Source of the DNA: Narcine bancroftii
Taxonomy: Eukaryota
Length of the DNA stretch: 64,000 nt
Assembly: GCF_036971445.1 (NCBI RefSeq)
Contig: NC_091473.1
Span: forward strand, 253,208,001 to 253,272,000
Direction: 5' to 3'
Positions 11,086 through 23,194 of the stretch are shown here, one piece after another; the first letter of the stretch is position 1, and the number at the start of each line of letters is the position of its first letter. The notes below the pieces were generated by a model. That model ran no database searches. It was not told the origin of the DNA and saw only the letters and a program-made list of their open reading frames with translations. Both the position numbers and the translations under genes were made by a program.

Positions 11086-12179
11086 GGCACATGAGAAAAC
11101 ATTGTAGCCTCACCTCCACAGCTAATAAACACAGGGTGAGAATAGTGACGTGATAACTTCAGAAATTTTACCTTTCAATTTGTTTGTTAGGAGTAATTTT
11201 CCGTGGAAATGGGACAGTGGGTGGTACAACTGGTGGAGCAGGTGCTTAAATGTTCCAGTGGCCAATATACAGGAGCTCCAATGCTGTCCTGCGTATGTGG
11301 TCACGCGCACCAAGATACAGTGAAGAGGTTTGTATGGTGTGCTATCCAGGAAAGTCAATCTGTGTAGGTATTGCTGAAAAGTAAAACAGAAGTGCAGAGA
11401 AAATTGTTGCAGAGGGAAGTACAGTTAAAACAGTGCTCGGGACGTGATGAGGGGTTTATGAGATCAATGAAGCACGAAAGTCTCTGATTGTAGTAAAAAC
11501 ACAAATGACGGAGGAACTCGTTGAGTCCCACAGCATCCATAGGAGGTAAGGATCAGTGATTGACTTTTATCAATGAGAGGTCTGAGCAAGGTTTGAACGT
11601 TCTCTCTGTGACTGTGTGGCATTCCTCCCACAGCCTGAAAGCATGAGAGGCAATAGCTTGATTGTCCACTGTAAGTTGCCTCTAACGTGTCAGTGAGGCT
11701 TAGAATGGGGGGGGGGGGGGGGGGAGGAGGGAGATGGAAAGTGATGGGAATATGTGGAGAGAAAAATTTAGGATTCATGCAGGCTTTGTGGGTTCTTGAT
11801 GGATGGCAAAGGTGTGACAAAGGGTCAGTGTCTGTGCTTATGTGGTTGAATAACACTGAAACTGACATTGTGAATCTGACCAGGGCTGACTCTACTGTGT
11901 GAGTTAAACAGCACTACATATGCAGTTGCATTATTGCTGGGTGCTGTTGAATAGACCAGGATATTCTTGATGGAACTCCTGTAGAAGGTTGACATAAAGG
12001 TAGCTAGTACCCATGCATGCTTTAGTCTTCTCAGGAAATGCAGTCGCTGTTGCGCCTTCCTGATAAGTTCAGATGTAGGAGTGGGCAAAATCATTGTTTA
12101 AAATTGTCAATGTTGATCCATAGAATCTGAAAGCATGGAAAGAGAGCATTCGCCCTCTGGGTCATTACTGACCATGTAC

Positions 12180-15100
12180 AACACCTGTTTTAACTTGTTC
12201 CAAAAAGTTTGCTAATTCCAACCAGAAAGGATTTACCTTGGAACAGGACCAAGTTGAATGTGTAAAAAAAAAAAAAAAAAAAAAAGTTCCTATTTCTTCA
12301 CCACATCTGAAACATTGATCTGATGAATCTGATTTAAATCTATGCAATTTTTGTTTTTAAAGGAAATTATACTGAACTAGTCTACATCTTACGTTAATAG
12401 TGTTAGTCATACAGTCTCAACAAAGGTCCGCCCATCTTCGCTCATCAAATGTAACATTTAAATCCAATTCCCACTTCTATCTAGACTCATGAACTCCACC
12501 TTGAGGAGTTTCTGATTGTAGTAAAGAATATACTGCACAAGTCAATTTCTTAACAATTCCTCTTCTAATAAAAATTTCTACTTACTACAGGCAGATAGCA
12601 ACATGGTTGGTCCTGTCTTATCTCTCAAATATGGTCTCGACTGAAAGTAACAAAAGAGTATTTTGAAATACTCCATATTTATTTTCATTTGTTAAAATGA
12701 CATTAATTGACCTCTTTCATAACAGTCTTCAATATTTATAACTCCCTTACAAAACCAAATATCTAAAAATTGATTGAACAAGGTATAAGGGAATTTTGAA
12801 TCCAAAGCATCTTAGGTGATAAATAACCTCTTGCACCAATTTCACCATTTACTTCATTCCACATATTAATCAGATGTTTCAACAATGGTGTTTATTTTCC
12901 TCCAAACATCAAAATTGTGTCCCATTTATATATACACATTCTTCTGATTTTCTCTCCAACTTGTTTCTATTGTAACCTTGAATTTTCTTCTCTTTTGAAA
13001 AAGATGGAAGAAATTTCATTTGCGCTGCATTATATTAATTTTTGATATTAAGAAGTTGTTAACCTCCTAATTCATACATCTACGTTAACTTCTTGATGAC
13101 TCTTAACATTTTACCCTTCCAGAGGAATTTCCTTACATATTTATTCAATTCTTGAAAAAAATTTATAGATAAATTAATCTATTTTTTAAAAAAAATCTCA
13201 ATTTTAAGTAATGGTAAGTAGTTCAATTTATATAAATTCTTCAAATCATTAACCGCACGAATCCCTAAATATTTAATAGCATCTTTTGGCTATTTAAACT
13301 GAGTATCCATTTGGCATTGAGTATCATCTCCTTCCATTAGTAGCATAATTTCACTTTTATCTCAATTTATTTTGCATCCTAAAATTTTCCATGTTCTTCC
13401 AACTTAATATACAATTCTTGTAATTTCATGTTCAGTCAAATAGATAAAATGTCATCTGCATATCATCTTTCACTCTTCTTGACTAATTCTAAATCCCTTA
13501 ATTTCCAAATCACTACAATTGCTTCTGCAAGTGGTTTAATTGCTAAAATAAACAAAGCTAGAGACTGGGGACATCCTTGTCTTTTTGATTTTGCTAAATT
13601 GAATGGCGCAAATACCATTATTAACTACTTTAGCTTTAGGATCATTATACAATGTCTTAATTCAATTTTAAAAAAGTCAATCCAAATTTATTCAGCACCT
13701 TAAATAAAAAAATCCCATTCCAGTTAATCAAATGCTTTTAATGCATCTAGAGCCACTGCAATACTTAAATCTTCCCCTTTTTTGCTAGATGAATTATACT
13801 AAATCTGGCCACATTCTGAGCTGATTGTCTCCTTTTCACAAAACCTGTCTGATCCATATTTATTCATTTAAGTACCAATTCAGTAATTCTGTTTGCCAAA
13901 AAATTTGCGACAATTTTATAATGTACATTTAATAACAAAATGGGGCTATAAGATGAAGGCTTTAAAGGGACTTTTTTTGGTATCGCTGTAATTATTGTCA
14001 TCGAAAAAGTTTCTGGGAGAGTATGTTTCTGAACCCTGAGAGAGACTGCATGGATGGTCAGTGGCTCTGCTCGATCTATCATCTTTGGGTCCAACTGCCG
14101 GTTGAACGTGTAGAGGGTCACCAATATAGCATTCGCGCCACGAGGAATGTGGAAGGAAGAGACATATGAGGACTTGAAATTGAAGACTGATTTATTGCAC
14201 TGGCAGCTCTGCTTACATGCGCCCTTGGCGCCGATGTCAGGGCCCCACGTTATCGGAGCACCAACCACTGGTTGGCCGGCATTCCTGCCAGAGTTCCCTG
14301 TCTTCCTGCCATGTGGAGGTCACCTGGGATGACGGCCAGTGTCACCGCCCCCCCCCTCCCCCCCCCCCCCCTAGATTTGTGCAGTTGCCTTGTTCGTTGG
14401 CCATTTTACAGGCTGGTTTGTGTCTCCGTGCGTGGGCCGCTACATATACGTAAATATCAGTTAAATACATTTATAACAAATGGCATACTTTAATAAAATC
14501 TTTAAAAAATGGATAGTATCACAATAATCATAATTAAACCACATAAATCCACTTATAAAAAAGAAAAACCCTAAAACTAATACTAGTCTAACCCCTCCCA
14601 ATAAATCAAGGTTACAAGAAAAATAAATAGATCTGTTTTGATCTTCTGGTACAAAAACTTAAAGTTGCAGGGTAATGTAGCACAAATTTATAACCTTTAT
14701 CAAAAAGAGCTTTTGTAGCTGGATTAAATTCCTTCTGTTCAAAAAATATTCACTGAAGTCCAAATAAAATAGAATTCTATTTCCATCCAATTGAAGCAGG
14801 CCCTTCCGGTCTCTCGCCCCTCTTACAGCAAGACTTAAAACTTTCTCTCTGTCTTGATATTATAGAAATTTAATTAATACAGACGCGGCTTCTGATTTGG
14901 AGGAGCTTTTTTCTCTTAGAGGTCTATGAGCTCTTTCAATAGGATTTTCAAAATTTTGCTCTCCCAAATCTTATGCAATCCATTTTTGAAAAAAAAAATT
15001 GGTTCTGGACCATCTTTTCCTTGTGGAAAACTCACTATTCCTTCTGCTGAAGTTTTCAAATACATCCACTTTCTCTAAAAGCTTTTGGTTCACTGTGATT

Positions 15101-15940
15101 AAATTTGTGGCTGGGTACAGCGTCACATTCTCTACTCTTTTATATCTCAATATTTTCTTGACCTGGTCAAATTCTTTTCATTATTTTATCTGCTCAAGAC
15201 TCAGGTCAGGGAAGAACATCAGTCTTCCCCCTGGAATTCCACCAATCGCCCTGTATTCCTTGATTAGGTCATCGCTGCCCTTAGCACTATTTTCTGGTCC
15301 AAGCTATTAACAAACAGGATCAGAACTGGCCTCGGCCATTGATTTGGGTGAGATGGGGGCTGAATGTCTGATGGGCTGGTTAGGGGGGGCTCTAAATCTA
15401 TCGTTTCCCAACACAAGTCCTTCCTTCCTCACCCTCTTTCAGGCCCAATAGTCTAATGTTATTGTTCCGATTGTAGTTTTCTAGATAGTCTAACTTGTCT
15501 GTCAGCTGTTTTTGTTTTGACAACCTGTGAGTCAGCTGCGCTTTTTAATCTTTCTTGTCTATCTTTCCTTCCAGGACTCTGTCATGATTTGTCAGAGCTT
15601 CATTTGAAGTCCACAGGTTGAGCAGGCCCTCAGAGAGCTCTTTTAGTCTGGTGCCCAGTCGTTGCTCCAGACCTCCAATCTGGGTCACCAATGACTGCAC
15701 TGCTGCTAGAACATCTTGAACGGGCAAGCCCAATGTTGCAGGCTTCGTCCTCACGCCTTCAGCACTAGGCCTGCTAGCAGCGCGGGAGCCTGCAGGTCGC
15801 TAGCGTCGAGCGAGTTTCCGCCACTTCTAGCAGGTCCTGATCTTCTTTCACCTGCTTCTTGCAATTCCTGCCCATCTTACTTCAGTGTGGGTAAGTTTAA
15901 CCTGTAATTATTTTCCTTGTTTTAGAGGCTTTAAGACGGA
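12180..15940 (-). mobile_element. Degenerate L1/Tx1-clade LINE fragments (ORF2 and ORF1)
   Basis: CFRCGEEIGT..HSTWSCSKVNPFW zinc knuckle; IITAIPKK..PSSYSPILLLNVHYKIVANFLANR RT start; ALDA.KAFD motif; many stops. Confidence 0.8.
14030..14444 (-). mobile_element. Ty3/Gypsy 5' LTR + PBS + gag start, nested in L1
   Basis: On minus: TGTAGCGG start, AATAAA, then TTGGTGACCC PBS and M...IHAVSLR gag-like start. Confidence 0.6.
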
Positions 15941-16165
15941 AGCTGTCTGAGCATGTCCTTTCAGTATCACGTGACCCAATTGGGTATCTCTTTGACACTG
16001 AGAATAATCACCTCTAGTTCGAGGCATAATTTCACTTTTATCCCAATAACCAAAATCTGTTTCATATTCTTTTAATATTAAATATAATTTACGTAATGTT
16101 CCTTCTGGTCAACCTTAAGTATCAGAATCAGATCGTATGCAAATTGTTCTACTGCTAAAATAAAT

Positions 16166-17310
16166 CTTCTTTCTTTCTTCTTTGGCTTGGCTTCGCGGAC
16201 GAAGATTTATGGAGGGGGTAAAAAGTCCACGTCAGCTGCAGGCTCGTTTGTGGCTGACCAGTCCGATGCGGGACAGGCAGACACGATTGCAGCGGTTGCA
16301 AGGGAAAATTGGTTGGTTGGGGTTGGGTGTTGGGTTTTTCCTCCTTTGCCTTTTGTCAGTGAGGTGGGCTCTGCGGTCTTCTTCAAAGGAGGCTGCTGCC
16401 CGCCAAACTGTGAGGCGCCAAGATGCACGGTTTGAGGCGTTATCAGCCCACTGGCGGTGGTCAATGTGGCAGGCACCAAGAGATTTCTTTAGGCAGTCCT
16501 TGTACCTTTTCTTTGGTGCACCTCTGTCACGGTGGCCAGTGGAGAGCTCGCCATATAATACGATCTTGGGAAGGCGATGGTCCTCCATTCTGGAGACGTG
16601 ACCCATCCAGCGCAGCTGGATCTTCAGCAGCGTGGACTCGATGCTGTCGACCTCTGCCATCTCGAGTACCTCGACGTTAGGGGTGTGAGCGCTCCAATGG
16701 ATGTTGAGGATGGAGCGGAGACAACGCTGGTGGAAGCGTTCTAGGAGCCGTAGGTGGTGCCGGTAGAGGACCCATGATTCGGAGCCGAACAGGAGTGTGG
16801 GTATGACAACGGCTCTGTATACGCTTATCTTTGTGAGGTTTTTCAGTTGGTTGTTTTTCCAGACTCTTTTGTGTAGTCTTCCAAAGGCGCTATTTGCCTT
16901 GGCGAGTCTGTTGTCTATCTCATTGTCGATCCTTGCATCTGATGAAATGGTGCAGCCGAGATAGGTAAACTGGTTGACCGTTTGAGTTTTGTGTGCCCGA
17001 TGGAGATGTGGGGGGGCTGGTAGTCATGGTGGGGGAGCTGGCTGATGGAGGACCTCAGTTTTCTTCAGGCTGACTTCCAGGCCAAACATTTTGGCAGTTT
17101 CCGCAAAGCAGGACGTCAAGCGCTGAAGAGCTGGCTCTGAATGGGCAACTAAAGCGGCATCATCTGCAAAGAGTAGTTCACGGACAAGTTTCTCTTGTGT
17201 CTTGGTGTGAGCTTGCAGGCGCCTCAGATTGAAGAGACTGCCATCCGTGCGGTACCGGATGTAAACAGCGTCTTCATTGTTGGGGTCTTTCATGGCTTGG
17301 TTCAGCATCA
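16166..17310 (-). mobile_element. RTE-clade LINE, 5'-truncated, young copy
   Basis: ELLFADDAAL RT motif, QLRWMGHVSRMEDHRLPKIVLYGEL thumb, C-terminal CNRC..H zinc knuckle, (AAG/AAAG)n tail. Confidence 0.93.
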
Positions 17311-18139
17311 TAAAGCTGGAGATAATGGACACCCTTGCCTACTAGACTTGGAAAGGTGCATTTGTTACAACTTTGGGTTTTGGTCCATTATATAAAGCTT
17401 TCATCCAATTTGTAAATATTTGTCATCCTGCTGGGATCCTCCACTCACTCTGGATTGTCCATTATTGCAGTGTGATTCTGCATAACATTTTTCAGAGGTC
17501 ATTCTTATTTGGCCACATATGCTTGTCGATCTTCAAGGGGGTGGTGGGAGTTGCAAAGGCTGCACGGATTGTTGAGCAGCACATGCTGTGACCGGAGGGT
17601 TAAGCTTTTAAGATGATTTCTGAGCTTGACTGGGTTTTTAATCTCAATAATTGATTGAAATCTGCTGTGAGAAAGCTAAACTGTTTCCATCCAGGATTCG
17701 GCAAGACCTGTTGCAATGCAGTAATTTACAATAGCATTTTCCTTTGCGTCTCGGTCGTTCCCCTTCTCCTGCAACTGGACCAAGTTGCTCATTCCTCCCT
17801 TTTGTCTTCCACTCAATAAGTTCCAAAGTCGTCGCGTCTGTGATGCTCGTCTAGTCAGTAACTTCAAGACTGCCGTTTTTGTATTTAAAAACATCGTCTT
17901 CTAACACCCAGAATGTTGTGGTTCCTGTGGGGTATTTCTTGTAGCAGTTTGACTAATAACGTTCCTCGTCTTTTAACCTATCCATCATTAAAGCAGGCCG
18001 AAGTGAGGTGTGATATGTAGATGATATGATTTATGATATCATTAGTATACCTTGTGTAAAGGGTTTTTGTTCAACTCAATAAAAATATTTTAAAAAGTAA
18101 GTAAAGTGAGGTGCGGTTATCACTAGTAAATTCAAGATG

Positions 18140-18355
18140 CGGTATGGTTAGCACGATGCAATTACAGCGCTAGTGACTGGGGTTCGAATCCTGCGCTGTC
18201 TGTGAGGAGTTTGTATGTTCCGACCTGTGTCTGTGTGGGGTTTCCCTGGGTGCTTTGGTTTCCTACTACCCTTTAAAATGTAATGGGGTTGAAGGTTTAT
18301 TGGGCAGCACGGGCTCGAGGGTCAGAAGCGCTTGTTACCGTGCTGCAGGTCTAAA
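18140..18355 (+). mobile_element. tRNA-derived V-SINE (HE1-like), representative copy
   Basis: A/B-box head GGTTCGAATCC and V-domain GTCTGT.AGGAGTTTGTA.GTTCTCC...GGTTTCCT; further copies near 2663, 4485, 10370, 18500, 29800, 38507, 40306, 43295, 44100, 49660, 57450, 63050-63480. Confidence 0.8.
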
Positions 18356-19646
18356 TCAAAATTAAATCTGCAGAGCAGCAGTGAGTGCGACCATCTTTTA
18401 TCGCTTCAAGTAGGAGTGTCCGTTCCCGCCGAGATAGTTCTCACCTTTCCACTCCAGTCCTACCTGTATACATTATTCATAGAGTTAAAATTTTTTAAAA
18501 AGTTTTACATCTACAGCATGGTAACAGGCCCAATTAATCTACACCCCCCCCCCCCCCCCTTAACATTTTTTTTTGAATGGTGAGAGGAAACTGAAGTCCC
18601 CAAAAGAAACCCACGCAGACACAGGGAGAATGTACAAACTCCTTACAGGCTTGATTCAAACCCCAGTCCCTGTTGCTGTAACAGTGTTGCACTATCCCTT
18701 ACACGAACCGAGCCACCCCAGTCTGTTGGACTGCACAACTCCCACCTGCCCTTTCTTTCCTTCTCCCAGCCTTTTAATTCAGCTGCTTGCCTGCTTTTCC
18801 CCCCACACCTTGAAGAAGCACTTGAATCTCTTCCCTCCTCTGGACACTGCGAGACCGGCTGAGTTCCTCCAGCATTTTTCCTAAAATCACAGTTTCTTCA
18901 GACTTTAGTGTTTCAATCCCTCTGAGCTATTTTCCCACTCCTCCCTAAAAACAGGTGGCATTGACACACCTGATGTCTTCTTACTGAGGTGCCCAACCTC
19001 ACGCAACTACTTAGAGTGTGCAGGTGATGAAACTGGAGAAGGGTATGACGCATTATGAAACCTCCTTACCCTGGGTGTGAGGACGTTGTTTAGAGGAATC
19101 CTTCCAGCTTTTTAGCTTGGACAGTGATTACTTCTTAGCTTCCTAATACTTAGCAGTGGCATTGCAACCAGTTGGAGTGATTGTTGAAGAAATCTTATGA
19201 AGAAAGGCTTGACACTGTCACTAACATGATGGGCAGACAGACCATTTTAATATAGTATCTGTTCAGTGAGATATTTGGAATCAGGTTGTAGTCTTACCTG
19301 TAACAGTGGTTAGTGACGCATTTACTTCAAATTAGACAAAAGTATGATTTTAAAGACCAGAGGAATAGCAGCTCACCTTCCATCTGGGCATCCCTCTGAC
19401 CAGATGGCATTAACATTGATGTCACCAGTTTCTGTTAACCTCTTTCCTCCCCCCCACCCCCCCGCTTGACTTACTTCCCCCTTCCTCCAAGTCGCTCCCT
19501 TTTGCACAGACATGATAAATTCTCACCTCTTCCCTTATGAGGAGCCCTCAGTGGCACAAGGACAGCTTCTTCCCCACTGCCATTAGATTCCTGAATGATC
19601 AATGAATCGCAGACATTTGCCTTACTTTGACTTGTTATGCACTACA

Positions 19647-19652
19647 TTTATT
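19647..19652 (-). terminator. Candidate poly(A) signal of Myb/SANT copy B
   Basis: AATAAA on the minus strand at the position equivalent to copy A. Confidence 0.55.
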
Positions 19653-19775
19653 GATTGTTGCAAGATGGTCTACATGAACGTTTGCCCTGTAATGCTGACG
19701 CAAAACAATGAATTCTACTGATATCCAATTAACACCTATTGTTGGTCTGGACTCCTCGCCCAGCCAGCCCTGCCT

Positions 19776-20179
19776 CTATTCTGTGATTTCCTGTTTCATG
19801 CTTATTTTTTGCTCATTCATTGAAGGGCTCAGGCTCGAAATGTTGGCGGGGGTTTGGTGCTGTGGAGTGGGAGCTGGCATGAGTGCAATCAGGTCCCTCA
19901 AAAGTGAGGTCTGATTCTGCATCTCACACTGAATGTCTCTGAACATGTTAGCGAACACATTCATTTGATCTGCCCGCTCCCGTCTATCGGCCTCCCGCGC
20001 CGCCACTTCCACCTCCCGTGCCTCTCTCCTCAGCTGCTCTTCATGGGCCCTCTGCTGATCGAATCGAATGCGCTCCCTTTTCTCATCCTCACGGTGCATT
20101 GCCAGTAACAAGTCCTTTATTTCCTTCGTCACCAACTGAGCTTTTGTCAGTTTCTTCCTTTTCTGCCGCGACAGACATC
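19776..20179 (-). CDS. Myb/SANT-like gene copy B, exon 2
   Basis: Acceptor TTCTATAG|GA, 105-nt intron, in frame; spliced ORF 954 nt = 317 aa. Confidence 0.82.
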
Positions 20180-20284
20180 CTATAGAATAGACCAGAAGCA
20201 ACATTAGTGAGACTGCTCTTTGTGGGCAAACACGCTCACAAGAACACATGGAAAAAAAATGTTAACCACAAGAAAAGTTTTTAC

Positions 20285-20834
20285 CTGGCCGAATGGGAGG
20301 CACAGATTCAGTGTTTTTAATGCTGGCGTCTGTCTCTATGCCGCTTGGGACTCCGGCATCAGAACAGCTGCTACAGGAGGGAGATGCAGCTGTGATGGTC
20401 TCAGGGGTTGCTTCATCCTGTGGAGCTTCATCCTGGGGAGCGGGTCCCTGCGGAGCTGGGTCCTGGAGAGTGGGGCCTTGCAGAGTTGGGTCCTGGGGAG
20501 ATGGGTCCTCCATGTCACTCGGGAGATCAAGCGGGCTTGTAGTCCGGCTTGCTCCCCAAATTGAATAGCACAGATCGAAATATGGCCAGTCCAAGCGTCC
20601 TCTACCGTTCCTGTCATTATGGTCGTTGACCTGATGGAATTTTTTTCTCAGGCTCTTCAATTTGGTTATCACCTGCCCCTTGCCACGAACAAAGCCACGG
20701 TCTCGAAGCTGTTGAGCCAGTCTTTCGAATAATGGTCCATCCTTCACCGTGCCAGTTATGTATCGGTTTATCTCATCAGCAGCTCGGAGGATAAGGAGTT
20801 CCTGGACCTCCTTATACCCCCAATTTGCAGACAT
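20285..20834 (-). CDS. Myb/SANT-like gene copy B, exon 1
   Basis: Paralog of 5991-6510; ATG 20834, donor CCAG|GTAAAA at 20284; intact ORF. Confidence 0.85.
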
Positions 20835-20863
20835 CTTGAGGAACAGGTGAACTGCAGCTTTTG

Positions 20864-21290
20864 AAATCCTCCCCGGTGGGTCGCACACTAAAGACGTCAT
20901 GAAAACGTCACATCCCATTCCCGCCCTGGTCCCGGGCCGCCGCCTCGCCCCTTTTTTACACAGCGTCTGCAGGCTTCCGCCTTTCACTCCGCTCGGCTGC
21001 CAATCATGGGCGGGGCTTCACACGCCAATCAGAGGTCGGGCCGGAAGTGAGTGGGCGGGAGGTTCTGCTGGTGTGAGAGGCGCCATCATGGCGACCAGGT
21101 GGCGGCTGCCGGCAACCGATTGATGGTTTCCCCTCCTGTTCTCCTCCCCCCCCCCCCAACACCCCCCGATCAGGGTGGTCGCTGTGGACGGACGTTAATG
21201 GACGTGAGTGGCGGGCGGGGAGGGGGGTGGGGGAGGCCTGTGGGCGCGGAGACGGCCGCTTGCAAAATGGAGGACGTGGTGTAGGCCTCG
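20864..21290. promoter_or_regulatory. CpG-island bidirectional promoter, proximal copy; probable MDM4 promoter
   Basis: Identical to 6540-6966 (offset 14324); the nearest CpG island upstream of MDM4 coding exon 2. Confidence 0.75.
21045..21203 (+). other. MDM4: Probable non-coding exon 1 of MDM4 (start approximate)
   Basis: Begins at the CCGGAAGT motif and ends at consensus donor GTGAGT (21204); MDM4 has a non-coding exon 1 in vertebrates and the exon at 33141 has an acceptor upstream of its ATG. No transcript evidence. Confidence 0.6.
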
Positions 21291-21420
21291 GGGGGGGGGT
21301 CGGGGGCTGCGTGGGGGGGGGGTCGGGGGCTGCGGGGAGGCCATGGCCGCTGGGGGTGGGAACAAAGACGCGAGTCTGGAGGTGGGGTGGGGGTGGGATC
21401 GGGGTCCCAGACGGGAGTGG

Positions 21421-21929
21421 CTCCCCCCCCTCCCTCCCCCTTCCCCCCTCCCTCCCCCTTCCCCCCTCCCTCCCCCTTCCCCCCTCCCTCCCCCTTCCCC
21501 CCTCCCTCCCCCTTCCCCCCTCCCTCCCCCTTCCCCCCTCCCTCCCCCTTCCCCCCTCCCTCCCCCTTCCCCCCTCCCTCCCCCTTCCCCCCTCCCTCCC
21601 CCTTCCCCCCTCCCTCCCCCTTCCCCCCTCCCTCCCCCTTCCCCCTCCCTCCCCCTTCCCCCCTCCCTCCCCCTTCCCCCCTCCCTCCCCCTTCCCCCCT
21701 CCCTCCCCCTTCCCCCCTCCCTCCCCCTTCCCCCCTCCCTCCCCCTTCCCCCCTCCCTCCCCCTTCCCCCCTCCCTCCCCCTTCCCCCCTCCCTCCCCCT
21801 TCCCCCCTCCCTCCCCCTTCCCCCCTCCCTCCCCCTTCCCCCCTCCCTCCCCCTTCCCCCCTCCCTCCCCCTTCCCCCTCCTCCCCCTTCCCCCCTCCCT
21901 CCCCCTTCCCCCCTCCCTCCCCCTTCCCC
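21421..21929 (+). repeat. Pure polypyrimidine 18-bp satellite (CCCCCCTCCCTCCCCCTT)n
   Basis: ~500 bp with only C/T on the + strand. Confidence 0.97.
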
Positions 21930-23194
21930 AGGGACGGTAAAGGTGGAAAACATTGGCGGGCAGTGGAGTCGAGGTGGGATTAGTCTGAATGCCAGTATGG
22001 AGCCAGATGGGCAGAACGGTCTGTGGCAAATGCTGTGTGGAAATGGTCAGTGGATCACTCCTTCACCCCTCTGCTGTTTGTAGAAACCAGAGTAATTATC
22101 AAATTTAATCTTTTTATCATGAAAGGTAAAAGATAGTTGATGTTTTGCATTATTAACAAACTTTGTGATTTCCAGTTTTCCAGAATATGGAATATATAGC
22201 TAAAACACGAATGTCTGCAGACACCATGATTGAAGTAAAAACACGATGCTGGAGAAACTCAGCAGGTCAAATAGCGTACGGTATACAGCAAAGATAAAGT
22301 TAATATCCTTGTGCTCTTCATTAAGGTATGAAAAAAAAGAGGCTTTCTGATATTTTCTGCTTCTTGCTTATTCCTTGAAGAAGGGCTCAGGCCCAAAATG
22401 TTAGCAATATATCTTTGTCTCTTGAAAAGACCAACTGAGTTCCTCCAGCATTTCTGTTTTGTATATAAAAAGTAGACAGGTCCCCTGAACAACAAAAAAA
22501 CGAAACTCTGTAGACAAGTAAAAAGACAAATTAAAAAAAAAGCCATCTCTCCTTCCCCTTGATCGCTTCTGTTCCCTCCTTCTCCATCTATCACCTCCTG
22601 CCATTGCAATCACACCACCCCAGTTCTTTTGTTCAGATGCCTGCTGACATTTTTCCAGACCTTGATGAAGTGCTCAACCCATAACATTGGTTCTTTATTT
22701 ATACCTCACTATATGTAGGACACTGCTTGACCTGCTGAGTTTCTTAAGCATTGTACTTCCATGGCAAACAAAAAAATCTCGTAATCTCAATCATTTAATG
22801 GTCATTTTCACTGGTATTAGCTTTTAATTTTAAAATTTCTCAACTTAAATTACCAAGCTACTATTTGTCCAGTTGCTTGATCACTGTAGTATTGTATTCA
22901 CTGACTAACCGTCAACTGAAATGGCCTAGCATACTTCTCAATGCAGAGGAACATTTGAGCCTGCCAATGCTGGAATCCAGAGCAAAGTACAAACTGCTGG
23001 GTGAAAATGTACATAAGTGTTTTGGAGAAACTTGGTGACGCACCATCCATAGGAAGAAAAACACAGTTGATGTTCCTATGAAAGGGTTCAGGCTTGAAAC
23101 TGTCTTTTACTTCACATGGATGCTGTATGACCTGATTTTCTCCAGCACCTTTGTGTTCAAGACCCTGGCACCTGCAGATTTTCTTGTTTACCTC

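Larger units (their letters stand above)
19355..21340. repeat. Tandem segmental duplication unit B
   Basis: Same order and orientation as 5030-7110; 20733-21290 is identical to 6409-6966. Confidence 0.9.

Noticed and set aside
17480-17940. Short minus-strand ORFs (17644-17894) with protein-like composition
   Set aside because: Interrupted and without a motif I can assign; probably decayed TE.
21004-22083. Pro-rich and GE/GR-repeat ORFs
   Set aside because: Artefact of the C/T satellite.
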